From an uncultured Aminicenantes bacterium (GTDB lineage Bacteria; Acidobacteriota; Aminicenantia; UBA2199), in NCBI GenBank assembly GCA_965195285.1, contig CBDAFS010000035.1:1-27344 (forward strand): 27,344 nucleotides of DNA, written 5' to 3'. Position numbers and translations under genes: made by a program. Position 1 is the stretch's first letter. The number at the start of each line of letters is the position of its first letter. The notes under the pieces were generated by a model. That model was not told where the DNA came from. It saw nothing but the letters and a program-made list of their open reading frames with translations, and searched no databases. This document shows positions 16,085 through 25,732 of this stretch, piece after piece.

Positions 16085-17293
16085 ATGAATAAAATAAAAA
16101 TTGGTTTCTTTATTCTATTTTTTCTTATTTTATTGGGTGCATTATTTCTGTTGAACACATTTCAATCACCGGTAAGATCCAAGTTGGAAAAAGTACCTGA
16201 GTTTCAGGTTACCCGAATATCCAAAAACGGAACGGTTTATAAAAATTCTGCCATGACTGATCCATTTCAGATAAAAAACTTAAAACATCCTGAGGAAGTT
16301 TTTTTAAAGGCGGATGCCCAAACCGCATTTGAATTCATCTATTCGGAAACCTTTTTTTCGGTCTTGCCAGGCTCGTCCATGTTTCACAAAACCAAGGAAT
16401 TATTTCTCAATGGGGACTTCTTCTGGAACAAGGCCACCAAAGGTAAAAAAGTTGTAATTTATTTGTCAACTGCAGAAGAGATTATCGGTTTGTCAAAACC
16501 CGACAAAACCAAAATTTCCTCGGATTCCCAGCCAAGTATTCAAAAAACGCTGTTACTATCAGATTCGGGAAGGGTAAAAAACAGCGTGAGTACACTGGAA
16601 ATCTGGAATTATTCCGGTGAATTGATTTTAAATCTGGGAGACGACCCATATCCCTTAAGGCCCAATCAAATGCTGATTATGGAAAAAAGAAACAACCGGA
16701 TAAGTTTTCATGATACCTTGCCACCTCCTGAATACATCTCCCCCGAGGAAAAAACCATTCACCTGAATCTGATCGGAGATTCGATCATAAAATTTGGCTG
16801 GAAAAACGTAAAAGGCACGACCCAGTACCAGCTACGGCTGTACACCTCAAAGCTAAGAGAGAATGTCATATTTGATAAATCGGTTGCAGCCAACAGAAAA
16901 AGTCTTGACATATTGAAATTTGAAAACGAAAACGAAATATACTGGGAAGTTTACCCCTATGACTCCCAGAACAACATTGAGGGCTCACCTTCCAGAATGG
17001 GAAAAATCAAAATTGTCGGAGTCATCCTGGACAAGGAAAAGTTGCTCAAACCCCCTAAATTAGAGATTGACTCATTCACGGTTAGCGGAAATATAGTGCT
17101 GATAAAAGGTGAGGCCGATGCAAATTCACAATTATTCATAAATGATGAGTTTGTCAAAATTGATATGGATGGAAAATTTATCCACACGATCACCTTCAAA
17201 ACCCTCGGGACAAAATCGATTGTTTTCAAACTGATATCGCCATCAGAAATTGAAACGGTATTTAAAAGACAGGTTGCTATTTTCGAAGAATGA
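16085..17293 (+). CDS. N-terminally membrane-anchored periplasmic beta-rich protein (FecR-like region, FN3-like and Ig-like domains)
   Basis: One N-terminal TM; beta-rich region; linker LPPPEYISP; FN3-like IKFGWKNV...YQLRL...IYWEVYP; Ig-like PPKLEI...IVLIKGEADANSQLFIND...DGKF. Domain names are inferred by eye. Confidence 0.65.
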   Translation: MNKIKIGFFILFFLILLGALFLLNTFQSPVRSKLEKVPEFQVTRISKNGTVYKNSAMTDPFQIKNLKHPEEVFLKADAQTAFEFIYSETFFSVLPGSSMFHKTKELFLNGDFFWNKATKGKKVVIYLSTAEEIIGLSKPDKTKISSDSQPSIQKTLLLSDSGRVKNSVSTLEIWNYSGELILNLGDDPYPLRPNQMLIMEKRNNRISFHDTLPPPEYISPEEKTIHLNLIGDSIIKFGWKNVKGTTQYQLRLYTSKLRENVIFDKSVAANRKSLDILKFENENEIYWEVYPYDSQNNIEGSPSRMGKIKIVGVILDKEKLLKPPKLEIDSFTVSGNIVLIKGEADANSQLFINDEFVKIDMDGKFIHTITFKTLGTKSIVFKLISPSEIETVFKRQVAIFEE

Positions 17294-17389
17294 AACAACA
17301 ACGTGCTGGAAATGGATGGTTTGTCTCCAAACGATTAAAAGACCCTGGATTGGATTTTTCGAACTTTGCGAAGAAGCAGGAGACATATA

Positions 17390-18421
17390 ATGAAACTTTT
17401 TTCAAATTTCTATAATTTCTTCAGTTCGGATTTGGCCATTGATCTGGGAACAGCCAACACCTTGATTTATGCCAAAGGCAAGGGCATCATCATCAGGGAA
17501 CCGTCAATTGTTGCCATTGAGAAAAGTACTGGAAAAATTCAGGCAGTTGGAGGGGAAGCCAAGGAAATGATGGGCAAGACCCCCACCAACATCATAGCCA
17601 TTCGACCCATGAAAGACGGTGTGATTGCAGACTTTGAAATAACCGAAAAAATGCTGGACTACTTCATCAAAAAAACCAGGACCGGAAGCCAGTTCCTGAA
17701 ACCCCGTATCATCATTGGTATCCCTTCCGAAATCACCCAGGTGGAGAGAAGGGCGGTAAAAGATGCGGCTTTAAGAGCCCGGGCCAGCGAGGTTTTTCTG
17801 ATCGAACAGACCATGGCCGCTGCTATCGGAGCCGAACTGCCCATCACCGAGCCTGGGGGAAACATGATCGTGGATATCGGTGGCGGCACTACTGATATTG
17901 CGGTTATTTCCCTGTCCGGAGTCGTCATCTCCAAATCCATAAGAACCGCCAGTGATGAAATGGATGAAGCCATTATCAACTATATCAAGAAGAAATACAA
18001 CCTGCTCTTGGGGATCCGGACTGCTGAACAGATAAAAATACAAATCGGGTCAGCCTATCCTCTGGATGAGAACCTGGAAATGGAAATCAAGGGAAGAGAC
18101 CTGTCTCATGGAATTCCAAAGACAATTCCCATCAATGATAATGAAATCCGGGAATCCCTAGAGGGTGTTGTCCAAACCATTGTGGAAGCCATCCGCAGCA
18201 CCCTTGAAAAAACCCCTCCCGAACTCTCGGCTGATATTGTAGACCGGGGAATCATTCTGTCCGGTGGAGGTTCCCTGTTGAAAAACCTGGATAAGAGGCT
18301 GAGAGAAGAGACCATGTTACCGGTATTCATTACCGAGGACCCCCTCACCTCTGTGGTCCTGGGAGCCGGGACAATTCTCGATAATATTGAACTGCTCAAG
18401 AAGGTGGGCCAGAAACATTAA
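17390..18421 (+). CDS. mreB: Rod shape-determining protein MreB
   Basis: DLAIDLGTANT, IRPMKDGVIADF, VDIGGGTTD, GIILSGGGSLL. Start placed at ATG 17390, just after an AGGAG SD, rather than TTG 17366. Confidence 0.98.
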   Translation: MKLFSNFYNFFSSDLAIDLGTANTLIYAKGKGIIIREPSIVAIEKSTGKIQAVGGEAKEMMGKTPTNIIAIRPMKDGVIADFEITEKMLDYFIKKTRTGSQFLKPRIIIGIPSEITQVERRAVKDAALRARASEVFLIEQTMAAAIGAELPITEPGGNMIVDIGGGTTDIAVISLSGVVISKSIRTASDEMDEAIINYIKKKYNLLLGIRTAEQIKIQIGSAYPLDENLEMEIKGRDLSHGIPKTIPINDNEIRESLEGVVQTIVEAIRSTLEKTPPELSADIVDRGIILSGGGSLLKNLDKRLREETMLPVFITEDPLTSVVLGAGTILDNIELLKKVGQKH

Positions 18422-19248
18422 TGCTCTTCAAGCGGGAAGCCACTCCAGAGAGAAAATCGTTTATTTTGATTTTCTTGCTTTTCCTGAACCTTTTTCTCAT
18501 GTCAATCAATATTATATTGAAAGATGAGAAATCATTGATCGAAAATATCATCGGTTCGGTTGTTACACCCTTTCAGGTGGGATTTCAAAAAACCGTTGAT
18601 TTTCTGAGCTATGAGATCAAGCACTATGTTTTTTTAAAGAACATGTACCATCAATATCATGACCTGAAAAAAAAGCACAAGGATCTGAAATACCAGAATT
18701 ATGAACTGCGAAAGCAGTTGACAGAAAGCGGATTTCGGTCCAGACTAAAAAATGAAAATCTGAATTTTATCGGAGTTGAGGTCATCTCCATCGACAACAG
18801 CATTCCCTTCAGCAGTATATTTATCAACCGGGGCTCAAGCCAGGGAATCCAGAAAAACATGGTGCTGATCAATGAAGATGGTGAACTGGTAGGACGGGTC
18901 GAAGATCCGATTACCCTTTTCTCCGCCAAAGTCAGATTGATTACCAGTTCCATCGGGGGAGTCGGTGCATATATAGAGAAAAACAAGCTGGAGGGATTCT
19001 TGACCGGGAGCAATCAAAAAACATGCATCTTTAAATATCTGATGGAAAATGCTCCGGTCGAAATCGGAGACAAAGTCATTACTTCCGGTACCGATGAGAT
19101 CTTCCCACCCTACCTTCCGGTGGGAAGGGTGGTGGAAATCAAGAAAGAATACCTGACCCAGAAAATTTGGGTAAAGCCCTATTTTATTGACAAATCTATC
19201 AAACAACTGGCTATAATCAAAAATCCGGCTGATAGCAGTGAAAAATAA
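18421..19248 (+). CDS. mreC: Rod shape-determining protein MreC
   Basis: N-terminal TM, coiled coil, INRGSSQGI..NM, GELVGRV, GDKVITSG...FP..LPVGRV; TAA/ATG overlap with mreB. Confidence 0.95.
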   Translation: MLFKREATPERKSFILIFLLFLNLFLMSINIILKDEKSLIENIIGSVVTPFQVGFQKTVDFLSYEIKHYVFLKNMYHQYHDLKKKHKDLKYQNYELRKQLTESGFRSRLKNENLNFIGVEVISIDNSIPFSSIFINRGSSQGIQKNMVLINEDGELVGRVEDPITLFSAKVRLITSSIGGVGAYIEKNKLEGFLTGSNQKTCIFKYLMENAPVEIGDKVITSGTDEIFPPYLPVGRVVEIKKEYLTQKIWVKPYFIDKSIKQLAIIKNPADSSEK

Positions 19249-19711
19249 ATTAAAAATCGCCCTATTCATCGGTTTGATTTTCGCCCAGATCATTATTAAT
19301 CGATATGTTCAAACCACCAAATTGAATATCGACTGTCTTTTTTTAATCCTGGTCTATATTTCCATCCGATCCGGGCTGGTTAAAAGTCTGATCTGGGGAA
19401 CCTGTATTGGCTGGGTTACTGATTTTTTTATTGGCGGTCTGGTGGGCGTATTTGGATTTTCAAGAACCATCACCGCTTTTTTTCTGCATGAATTCAATAA
19501 ATTTTTTGACCTGAGAAAGAACATTTTCGTATTCTTGCTGATTGCGATTTCATTGGCCTTCTCCAACCTGATCGCCAGTATATTTCTTCATTTTATTTTT
19601 GGCTACAAAATTGAAATCAGCCTGGTGCTGCGCCAGCCCCTGCTCACCGGTCTCGCTGGAATGCTGATCAGCAGTTTTTCAAAAATCAAAAAAATACTCG
19701 ATGTACACTGA
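19238..19711 (+). CDS. mreD: Rod shape-determining protein MreD
   Basis: 157 aa hydrophobic, G...G...D motif (GTCIGWVTDFF), located between mreC and mrdA; GTG start. Confidence 0.88.
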   Translation: MKNKLKIALFIGLIFAQIIINRYVQTTKLNIDCLFLILVYISIRSGLVKSLIWGTCIGWVTDFFIGGLVGVFGFSRTITAFFLHEFNKFFDLRKNIFVFLLIAISLAFSNLIASIFLHFIFGYKIEISLVLRQPLLTGLAGMLISSFSKIKKILDVH

Positions 19712-21506
19712 CAAAAAAATACTGTCCCCAGAAAAAACAAAAACCATAGCGATCATAATCAATATTATGGTCATCTTGCTATTCACCTTTATTCTGTTTA
19801 AATTCTGGGATATTCAAATCATAAAGCACCACCATTTCAAATTGTTGTCTCAAAAAAACATTTTCCGTGAAATCGAAATCAAGGCTCCCAGGGGTATCAT
19901 TGTTGACCGAAACCAAACCATTCTGGCGGAAAACAAACTGGATTTCAGTTTGTTCATATTCAAGGAAAACATCAAAAACCCTCAAGAAACCATTGAGAAG
20001 GCCCATTTGATAACCGGTTTGGACCAGCAATCCATTAAAGACAGAATGGGGCAATATGAACATCCCAGAGCATCAATTCGGATCCTTCTCAAGAAGAACC
20101 TGTCATTAAAAGAAGTGGTTTACATCCAGAGCCGTGCCCTTGAATTTTTGGAGTTTGAAATCGAAATCGAACCCACCCGGACTTACCCTTACCAGCAGTA
20201 TGCCTCTCATATCCTGGGATATGTGTCTGAAATCTCTTCAAGGGAACTGAAACTGAATGAAAATCGGAACTATAAGCCGGGAGATGAAATCGGTAAGAGC
20301 GGGATTGAAAAGCAGTATGAGCACTTTATAAGGGGAAAAAAGGGGACCCAGGTGGTAATCAAGGACAGTTTCGGTAGAATCCAGAAGCAGGTCAGCGAAA
20401 AAAAACCCGAGATTGGCAGTAAAATAATATTGACCATCGATATTGAGCTGCAAAAATACATTGAGGACATTCTTAAACCCCATAAGGGCTGTGTCGGGGT
20501 TGTCGAATTGCCCAGTGGAGAAATCCTGTCTCTGGTGAGCAAACCCAACTTCAATCCCGAAAAATTTACAACTCTGATAGAGACCAAGGACTGGAATACC
20601 TTAATCAACGACCCGGAAAAACCTTTGCACAACAAATTTACCCAGGGTCTGTATTCGCCGGGCTCGGTTTTCAAGATTGTCATGGCCCTGGGTGGGCTTC
20701 AAGAAAAAATAATCATCCCCTCTACCCGGACCTTCTGTAGCGGTTCCACCTGGATCTACAACCGGACCTTCCATTGCTGGACCAGCTTCGGCCATGGCTG
20801 GATGAATCTCACCGATGCCCTGAAAAATTCCTGCAACATATACTTTTATACCCTAGGCAAAAAAATGGACATCAACACCATTGGCAAATACGCCCGCCTG
20901 CTGGGGCTCGGAAAGGAAACCCGTATCGGTCTACCCAATGAAAAACCCGGCCTGGTTCCCTCTCCAGCCTGGAAGGCCTCCCAGCTCAATCAGAAATGGT
21001 TCCCCGGAGAAACCATATCCGTATCCATAGGGGGAGGCCTGCTGAATGTCACTCCCGCTCAGATACTTCAATTGATCAGCACGGTGGCCCTGAAGGGCAA
21101 CCTCCCCCGGCTTCACCTGATCAGGGGAATTGAAAACAGAGGAAAAATTATTGGGAAATTTCAACCCCGCTCCAATAAAATCCCTGTCGAGGAAAAGTAC
21201 TTCGATACGGTCATCCGGGGCTTATTCAAAGTGGTGAATGATAATGGTACCGGCCGGGCAGCCGCAGTTCCTGGACTGGATATCTGCGGTAAAACCGGGA
21301 CCCAGCAAATCATATCCAAAGAAAATCCGGATTACCGGAGATTGAGAAAACTGAAACGCTTCACCCCTCATTCCTGGTTTGCCAGTTTTGCCCCCCGGAA
21401 CAATCCCCGCTATGCCGTGGTGGTATTTGTAGAACATGGCGGGGATGCCGGTGAAGTGGCGGCCCCCATTGCTGCCAGAATTTATAAAAAACTCTTCCAA
21501 CCATGA
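19701..21506 (+). CDS. mrdA: Penicillin-binding protein 2 (class B transpeptidase)
   Basis: TM anchor, APRGIIVDRN, RTYP, GKSGIEKQYE; active-site motifs SVFK (SxxK), SCN (SxN) and KTG. Confidence 0.97.
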   Translation: MYTDKKILSPEKTKTIAIIINIMVILLFTFILFKFWDIQIIKHHHFKLLSQKNIFREIEIKAPRGIIVDRNQTILAENKLDFSLFIFKENIKNPQETIEKAHLITGLDQQSIKDRMGQYEHPRASIRILLKKNLSLKEVVYIQSRALEFLEFEIEIEPTRTYPYQQYASHILGYVSEISSRELKLNENRNYKPGDEIGKSGIEKQYEHFIRGKKGTQVVIKDSFGRIQKQVSEKKPEIGSKIILTIDIELQKYIEDILKPHKGCVGVVELPSGEILSLVSKPNFNPEKFTTLIETKDWNTLINDPEKPLHNKFTQGLYSPGSVFKIVMALGGLQEKIIIPSTRTFCSGSTWIYNRTFHCWTSFGHGWMNLTDALKNSCNIYFYTLGKKMDINTIGKYARLLGLGKETRIGLPNEKPGLVPSPAWKASQLNQKWFPGETISVSIGGGLLNVTPAQILQLISTVALKGNLPRLHLIRGIENRGKIIGKFQPRSNKIPVEEKYFDTVIRGLFKVVNDNGTGRAAAVPGLDICGKTGTQQIISKENPDYRRLRKLKRFTPHSWFASFAPRNNPRYAVVVFVEHGGDAGEVAAPIAARIYKKLFQP

Positions 21507-22579
21507 GAAATTTCTGGAAATATTTTGACAAGCTCACCTTCATTGTGCTTATTACCACCACAATATTCGGAATTTTCCTGATCTACAGTGCCTCATACAC
21601 CACTGACACATCTTATTTCAACAAGCAAATCGCCTGGTTTGCCATATCACTTATTTGTTTTTTTCTGGTATTTAAAATTAAAACCGAAACCCTTTTCAGG
21701 TGGAGACTGACCATCTTTATTGTGTTACTGGCCTTCTTATCCATACTGCTGCTGGCCGGGATCATTACCTCTGGTGTCAGGAGCTGGTTCAGGATCGGTT
21801 TCATGTCTATTCAATGTTCCGAATTCATAAAAATCCCCCTGGCTCTCATCATAGCCAAAATTATGGCCAAAAACCGATTGATTACCCTGAAGCCATTTTT
21901 AAAAATCATACTGGCCATTGTCATTCCCTTCGGACTGATCATGCTGCAGCCGGACCTGGGCACCGCTTTTATTCTCACTGTTTTTTTTATGGTGCTGGTT
22001 TTCCTGAAAAGAATAAAATTCAGCATTCTTCTGGTAACCATTTTATTGATGATCGGCGGATCATTTCTGGCCTGGAATTATGTTCTGAAACCCTATCAGA
22101 AAAACCGGATTATTTCCTTCATGAACCCGGAAAAATACAGCCAGTCCACCGGATATCAATCCATCCAATCCAAGATCGCCATAGGTTCCGGTGGTCTGGT
22201 GGGCAAGGGTTATTTGAAAGGCAGCCAGTCCCAGTATAAATTCCTACCAACCCGGCATACTGATTTTGTGGTGGCCGTGCTCGGAGAGGAATTTGGATTC
22301 ACGGGAATCAGTTTTCTATTCTTTCTCTTTTTCATCCTGTTCTACCGTCAGTTTAACATCAGAACCCAGACCGATGAAGAATTCTACTTTGTATACCTCT
22401 TTAACGGGCTGATACTCTTTCAATTTTCTATCAACGTATTGATGTCCATCGGGTTACTTCCCATCCTGGGTATTCCGCTTCCCTTTGTCAGCTATGGGGG
22501 CTCATCGCTGCTGGCCTTTTTCATAGGGGAAGCCATCATCTTCAAGATCAAAATCAATGCCTATATCAATGAATTCTAA
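21503..22579 (+). CDS. rodA: SEDS peptidoglycan glycosyltransferase RodA
   Basis: RSW, QCSEFIK, QPDLGT, YQKNRI, GYQSIQSKIAIGSGG, FLPTRHTDF, EEFG, GIPLPFVSYGGSS; ATGA overlap with mrdA. Confidence 0.96.
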   Translation: MRNFWKYFDKLTFIVLITTTIFGIFLIYSASYTTDTSYFNKQIAWFAISLICFFLVFKIKTETLFRWRLTIFIVLLAFLSILLLAGIITSGVRSWFRIGFMSIQCSEFIKIPLALIIAKIMAKNRLITLKPFLKIILAIVIPFGLIMLQPDLGTAFILTVFFMVLVFLKRIKFSILLVTILLMIGGSFLAWNYVLKPYQKNRIISFMNPEKYSQSTGYQSIQSKIAIGSGGLVGKGYLKGSQSQYKFLPTRHTDFVVAVLGEEFGFTGISFLFFLFFILFYRQFNIRTQTDEEFYFVYLFNGLILFQFSINVLMSIGLLPILGIPLPFVSYGGSSLLAFFIGEAIIFKIKINAYINEF

Positions 22580-24983
22580 ATTCAGAGAAATTCTTTATAA
22601 AATCAATAACCCTCAAGTTTATACGGGCAGGGAGATTAATGTCATCAAAAAGGAGTACAATCCCAATTCCCTGAATATTTGCCTGATTTTCCCGGACACC
22701 TACGAAATCGGTATGAGTCACTATGGCCTCAAGATCCTTTACCATTTTTTAAATCAATTCCCGGAAGTGAATGCCGAACGCTGCTTCCTCCCCGGGAAGG
22801 AGTCCATTCGGGTTTTCAGGGAATCAGGCTTGCCTCTTTTTTCCATCGAAAATAAAATACCACTTAAACAATTTGATTTGCTTAGCTTCTCCCTGCTCAG
22901 CGAAATGAATTATACCAATGTTCTTCAAGTTTTGGATATGGCCGGGATTCCCCTGAAATCCAGTGACCGGACCCGCTCAAATCCTCTGGTGGCGGCTGGT
23001 GGCATTTCTGTATGTAATCCCGAACCATTGCGGGAATTCATCGATTTTTTCGGTATCGGCGATGGAGAGGTCCTGTTTCCGGACATCATTGAGGTTTTTC
23101 AAAATGCCAGAGTCAATAACCTTTCTAGAACAACCATCCTGAAAGAACTGGATTCAAAAGCCGGTATCTATGTTCCCGTCCTGTACCCGGTCAGGAAAAA
23201 CGGATCTTTCTGGCTTCCGGATATGGGTTCCAAAAAAATCAAGAAGAGAGTTTTCAAGCCTATTGACGAAGCATTCCCGGATGAAAATATCATCGTTCCC
23301 ATTTCCAATGTAATCTTCAACCGCCTGGATGTGGAAATCGCCCGGGGATGCCGACAGACCTGCCGATTCTGCCAGGCCAAATCCTATTACGCCCCCTTTC
23401 GAAGCAAATCCATAACCAAGAGTATTGATTTCATAAAAAAGGCACTACGGAAAACAGGATTTGAATCTTTCTCGCTATCCTCATTGAGTTCAGGAGATTA
23501 TCCGGGTATCGAGGAATTACTGGAAGCCATCCCCGGGATCATTCCGCCCTGTACGGATCTCTCCATCTCATCACTAAGGCCCTCCGCCCTTTCCTATCAA
23601 CTGCTGGCCACCATGGCCAAATTCCGTAAAACCGGGATCACCATTGTCCCAGAAGCCGGTACCCCTAGGCTAAGAAAGGTGATTAACAAAAATGTGTCCA
23701 ATGAAGAGATTTTCAGGGCCATTGATACTACACTGAAAAACAATTGGAAGCAAATCAAACTCTACTTCATGACCGGGTTGCCTACCGAGACCCCTGAGGA
23801 TGTCCGAGCCATCATTGAATTGATCGAGGAAATTCTGGGTTATGCAAGGCACCGGGGCAAAAAAATCAGGATTCATGTGTCCATCTCCAGCTTTATTCCC
23901 AAACCTCATACTCCCTTCCAGTGGTCACAGCGGGAAGATCTGGACTCCCTGCTGGCCAAAACCGAAATACTAAAAGCCGGATTGAAAAAGTACCGGAACC
24001 TGCAGTATGATTTTCACAGTGCCCGGAGGGGAATTGTGGAAACCATTCTATCCAGGGGGGATTACCGGGCTGGTGAACTCATCTACCGGGCCTTCAGGGC
24101 CGGTGAGATCTTCTCAGCCTGGGATACTCATTTTCACTACTCCAACTGGGAACCCTTGATTAAATCCCTTAAACTGAACGAGTTTTTATCCGAAATAAAA
24201 TCGGACCAACCACTGCCCTGGGACCACATCCAGATTAATTATCATAAGGAACACCTACTCGAAGAATATCACAAATCAAAATCCGGGCAATCCACTCCCC
24301 CCTGCCAGGATCAGCAATGCCGGATATGCCAGGGCTGCTCCTTTCCGGAAAAGAAACCCCTTCCGACCAAAGCCAACCCTTTGTTGAAAATCTCCCCGGA
24401 AACCGAACCGATTCCGAACCGTCAATATAACCGGGTACGGGTCTTTTATGAAAAGTCCGGGGATTTCCGTTTTTTTTCCCATCTGTCCATGATAAAATAT
24501 ATCGAACGGTTGATGCGCAAGGCTGGCATTCCCTACCAGTGTACCGAAGGTTTCCATCCCCGGATCAAAGCCAGTTTCCCACCCCCTCTTCCGGTCTATG
24601 CCCGGGGACTGAATGAAGTTATGGAACTGTTTGTGGATACCGGACTGGATGAAACCAAAATCCTGAAGGCCCTGAAAAAAGTGACCAGTGATTTTGAATT
24701 CAAACGGGTGATTACCTGCCAGGAAGGGAAACCCCTGATGAAGGATATCCATTTCATGGAATATGAAATTGAATTGAACCACCGGGACCCGAGGCTGGAA
24801 ATTGTAAAACAATTCCTGCTGGAAAGCGATACATATAGGCTTTCCTCTGATCGTCTGTTATTAAAAATCGACTACTCCCGACAGGGCCAGGAACGATTTT
24901 CAAAAATATATAAAACCATTGACCCGGAAAGAAAATATACTTTCCATTTGATCCGGAAACGGATTATATTTAAAAATGATTAG
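22557..24983 (+). CDS. TIGR03960-type radical SAM protein fused to a C-terminal TIGR03936/DUF2344 (radical SAM-linked) domain
   Basis: FPDTYEIGMSH, CxxxCxxC (CRQTCRFC, 23349-23372), SLSSLSSGDY, PEAGTPRLRKVINK, KLYFMTGLPTE, FIPKPHTPFQW, LPWDHI, Cys cluster CQDQQCRICQGC, then K.GDFRFFSHL...EGFHP. Start is 22557 or 22569. Confidence 0.92.
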   Translation: MPISMNSKFREILYKINNPQVYTGREINVIKKEYNPNSLNICLIFPDTYEIGMSHYGLKILYHFLNQFPEVNAERCFLPGKESIRVFRESGLPLFSIENKIPLKQFDLLSFSLLSEMNYTNVLQVLDMAGIPLKSSDRTRSNPLVAAGGISVCNPEPLREFIDFFGIGDGEVLFPDIIEVFQNARVNNLSRTTILKELDSKAGIYVPVLYPVRKNGSFWLPDMGSKKIKKRVFKPIDEAFPDENIIVPISNVIFNRLDVEIARGCRQTCRFCQAKSYYAPFRSKSITKSIDFIKKALRKTGFESFSLSSLSSGDYPGIEELLEAIPGIIPPCTDLSISSLRPSALSYQLLATMAKFRKTGITIVPEAGTPRLRKVINKNVSNEEIFRAIDTTLKNNWKQIKLYFMTGLPTETPEDVRAIIELIEEILGYARHRGKKIRIHVSISSFIPKPHTPFQWSQREDLDSLLAKTEILKAGLKKYRNLQYDFHSARRGIVETILSRGDYRAGELIYRAFRAGEIFSAWDTHFHYSNWEPLIKSLKLNEFLSEIKSDQPLPWDHIQINYHKEHLLEEYHKSKSGQSTPPCQDQQCRICQGCSFPEKKPLPTKANPLLKISPETEPIPNRQYNRVRVFYEKSGDFRFFSHLSMIKYIERLMRKAGIPYQCTEGFHPRIKASFPPPLPVYARGLNEVMELFVDTGLDETKILKALKKVTSDFEFKRVITCQEGKPLMKDIHFMEYEIELNHRDPRLEIVKQFLLESDTYRLSSDRLLLKIDYSRQGQERFSKIYKTIDPERKYTFHLIRKRIIFKND

Positions 24984-25731
24984 ACAAATCACTTCCCGCT
25001 CCAATCCCCGTCTCAAGGCCCTGATTGCGGACAGAGAACAATACTATTTCTTCGAAGGGGAAAAACTGGTCCGGGGCCTGGTCGAAAAAAAAATCCCCAT
25101 AACCATCCTCATCGTCAACAACCGTCATGAATCACAAGCAGAGGACCTGCGTCAGCAGGCTGAAGAGGTGTGGCTGGTCAGCGAGCCGGTTTTTAAAAAA
25201 CTGTCTTCCCTGAAAACCCACTCAGATTTTCTGGCCGTGGTCAGGCATCAATCTCCGGAGATAAACCTGGCAGAGCAACCACTCATCATTGCCCTGGATC
25301 GCATCCAGGACCCGGCCAATGTCGGTACGGTTTTCCGCTGCGCCGCTGCTTTCGGTATCCGGACCATCCTGTTGTGCGGAGAAAGTGTCAAACCCACCAA
25401 TCCCAAATTCATCCGTACCGCCCAGACTTCCCTCTTTGACCTTCAATTTCAGCATTATCCACACATTCATGACCTGATCAACCGGGCCCGAGAGCTTCAA
25501 CTGAATATTTACCTGACCTCATCCAAAATATCAACCCAACAGATTGAACCGAATAAAATCAAAACCCCGGCTCTGGTTATCTTCGGCAATGAGGGCCAGG
25601 GCCTGGCCCCGGAACTTCTCGACCAATTCCCTACCGTCACCATTGCCCAAAAGGATTGTGTGGAATCCCTGAATGTGGGCGTCAGCGCCTGCATCATCAT
25701 GTACCAGCTGATGAAAAACCTGAATTTATAA
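24976..25731 (+). CDS. SPOUT RNA 2'-O-methyltransferase, TrmH/SpoU family
   Basis: ITSRSNP, FFEGEKLV, LDRIQDPANVGTVFR, IFGNEGQG, ESLNVGVS. Confidence 0.93.
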   Translation: MIRQITSRSNPRLKALIADREQYYFFEGEKLVRGLVEKKIPITILIVNNRHESQAEDLRQQAEEVWLVSEPVFKKLSSLKTHSDFLAVVRHQSPEINLAEQPLIIALDRIQDPANVGTVFRCAAAFGIRTILLCGESVKPTNPKFIRTAQTSLFDLQFQHYPHIHDLINRARELQLNIYLTSSKISTQQIEPNKIKTPALVIFGNEGQGLAPELLDQFPTVTIAQKDCVESLNVGVSACIIMYQLMKNLNL

Positions 25732-25732
25732 C

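Noticed and set aside
17294-17389. Small hairpin GTTTG-tctc-CAAAC upstream of mreB
   Set aside because: A 5-bp stem with no U tract is expected by chance.
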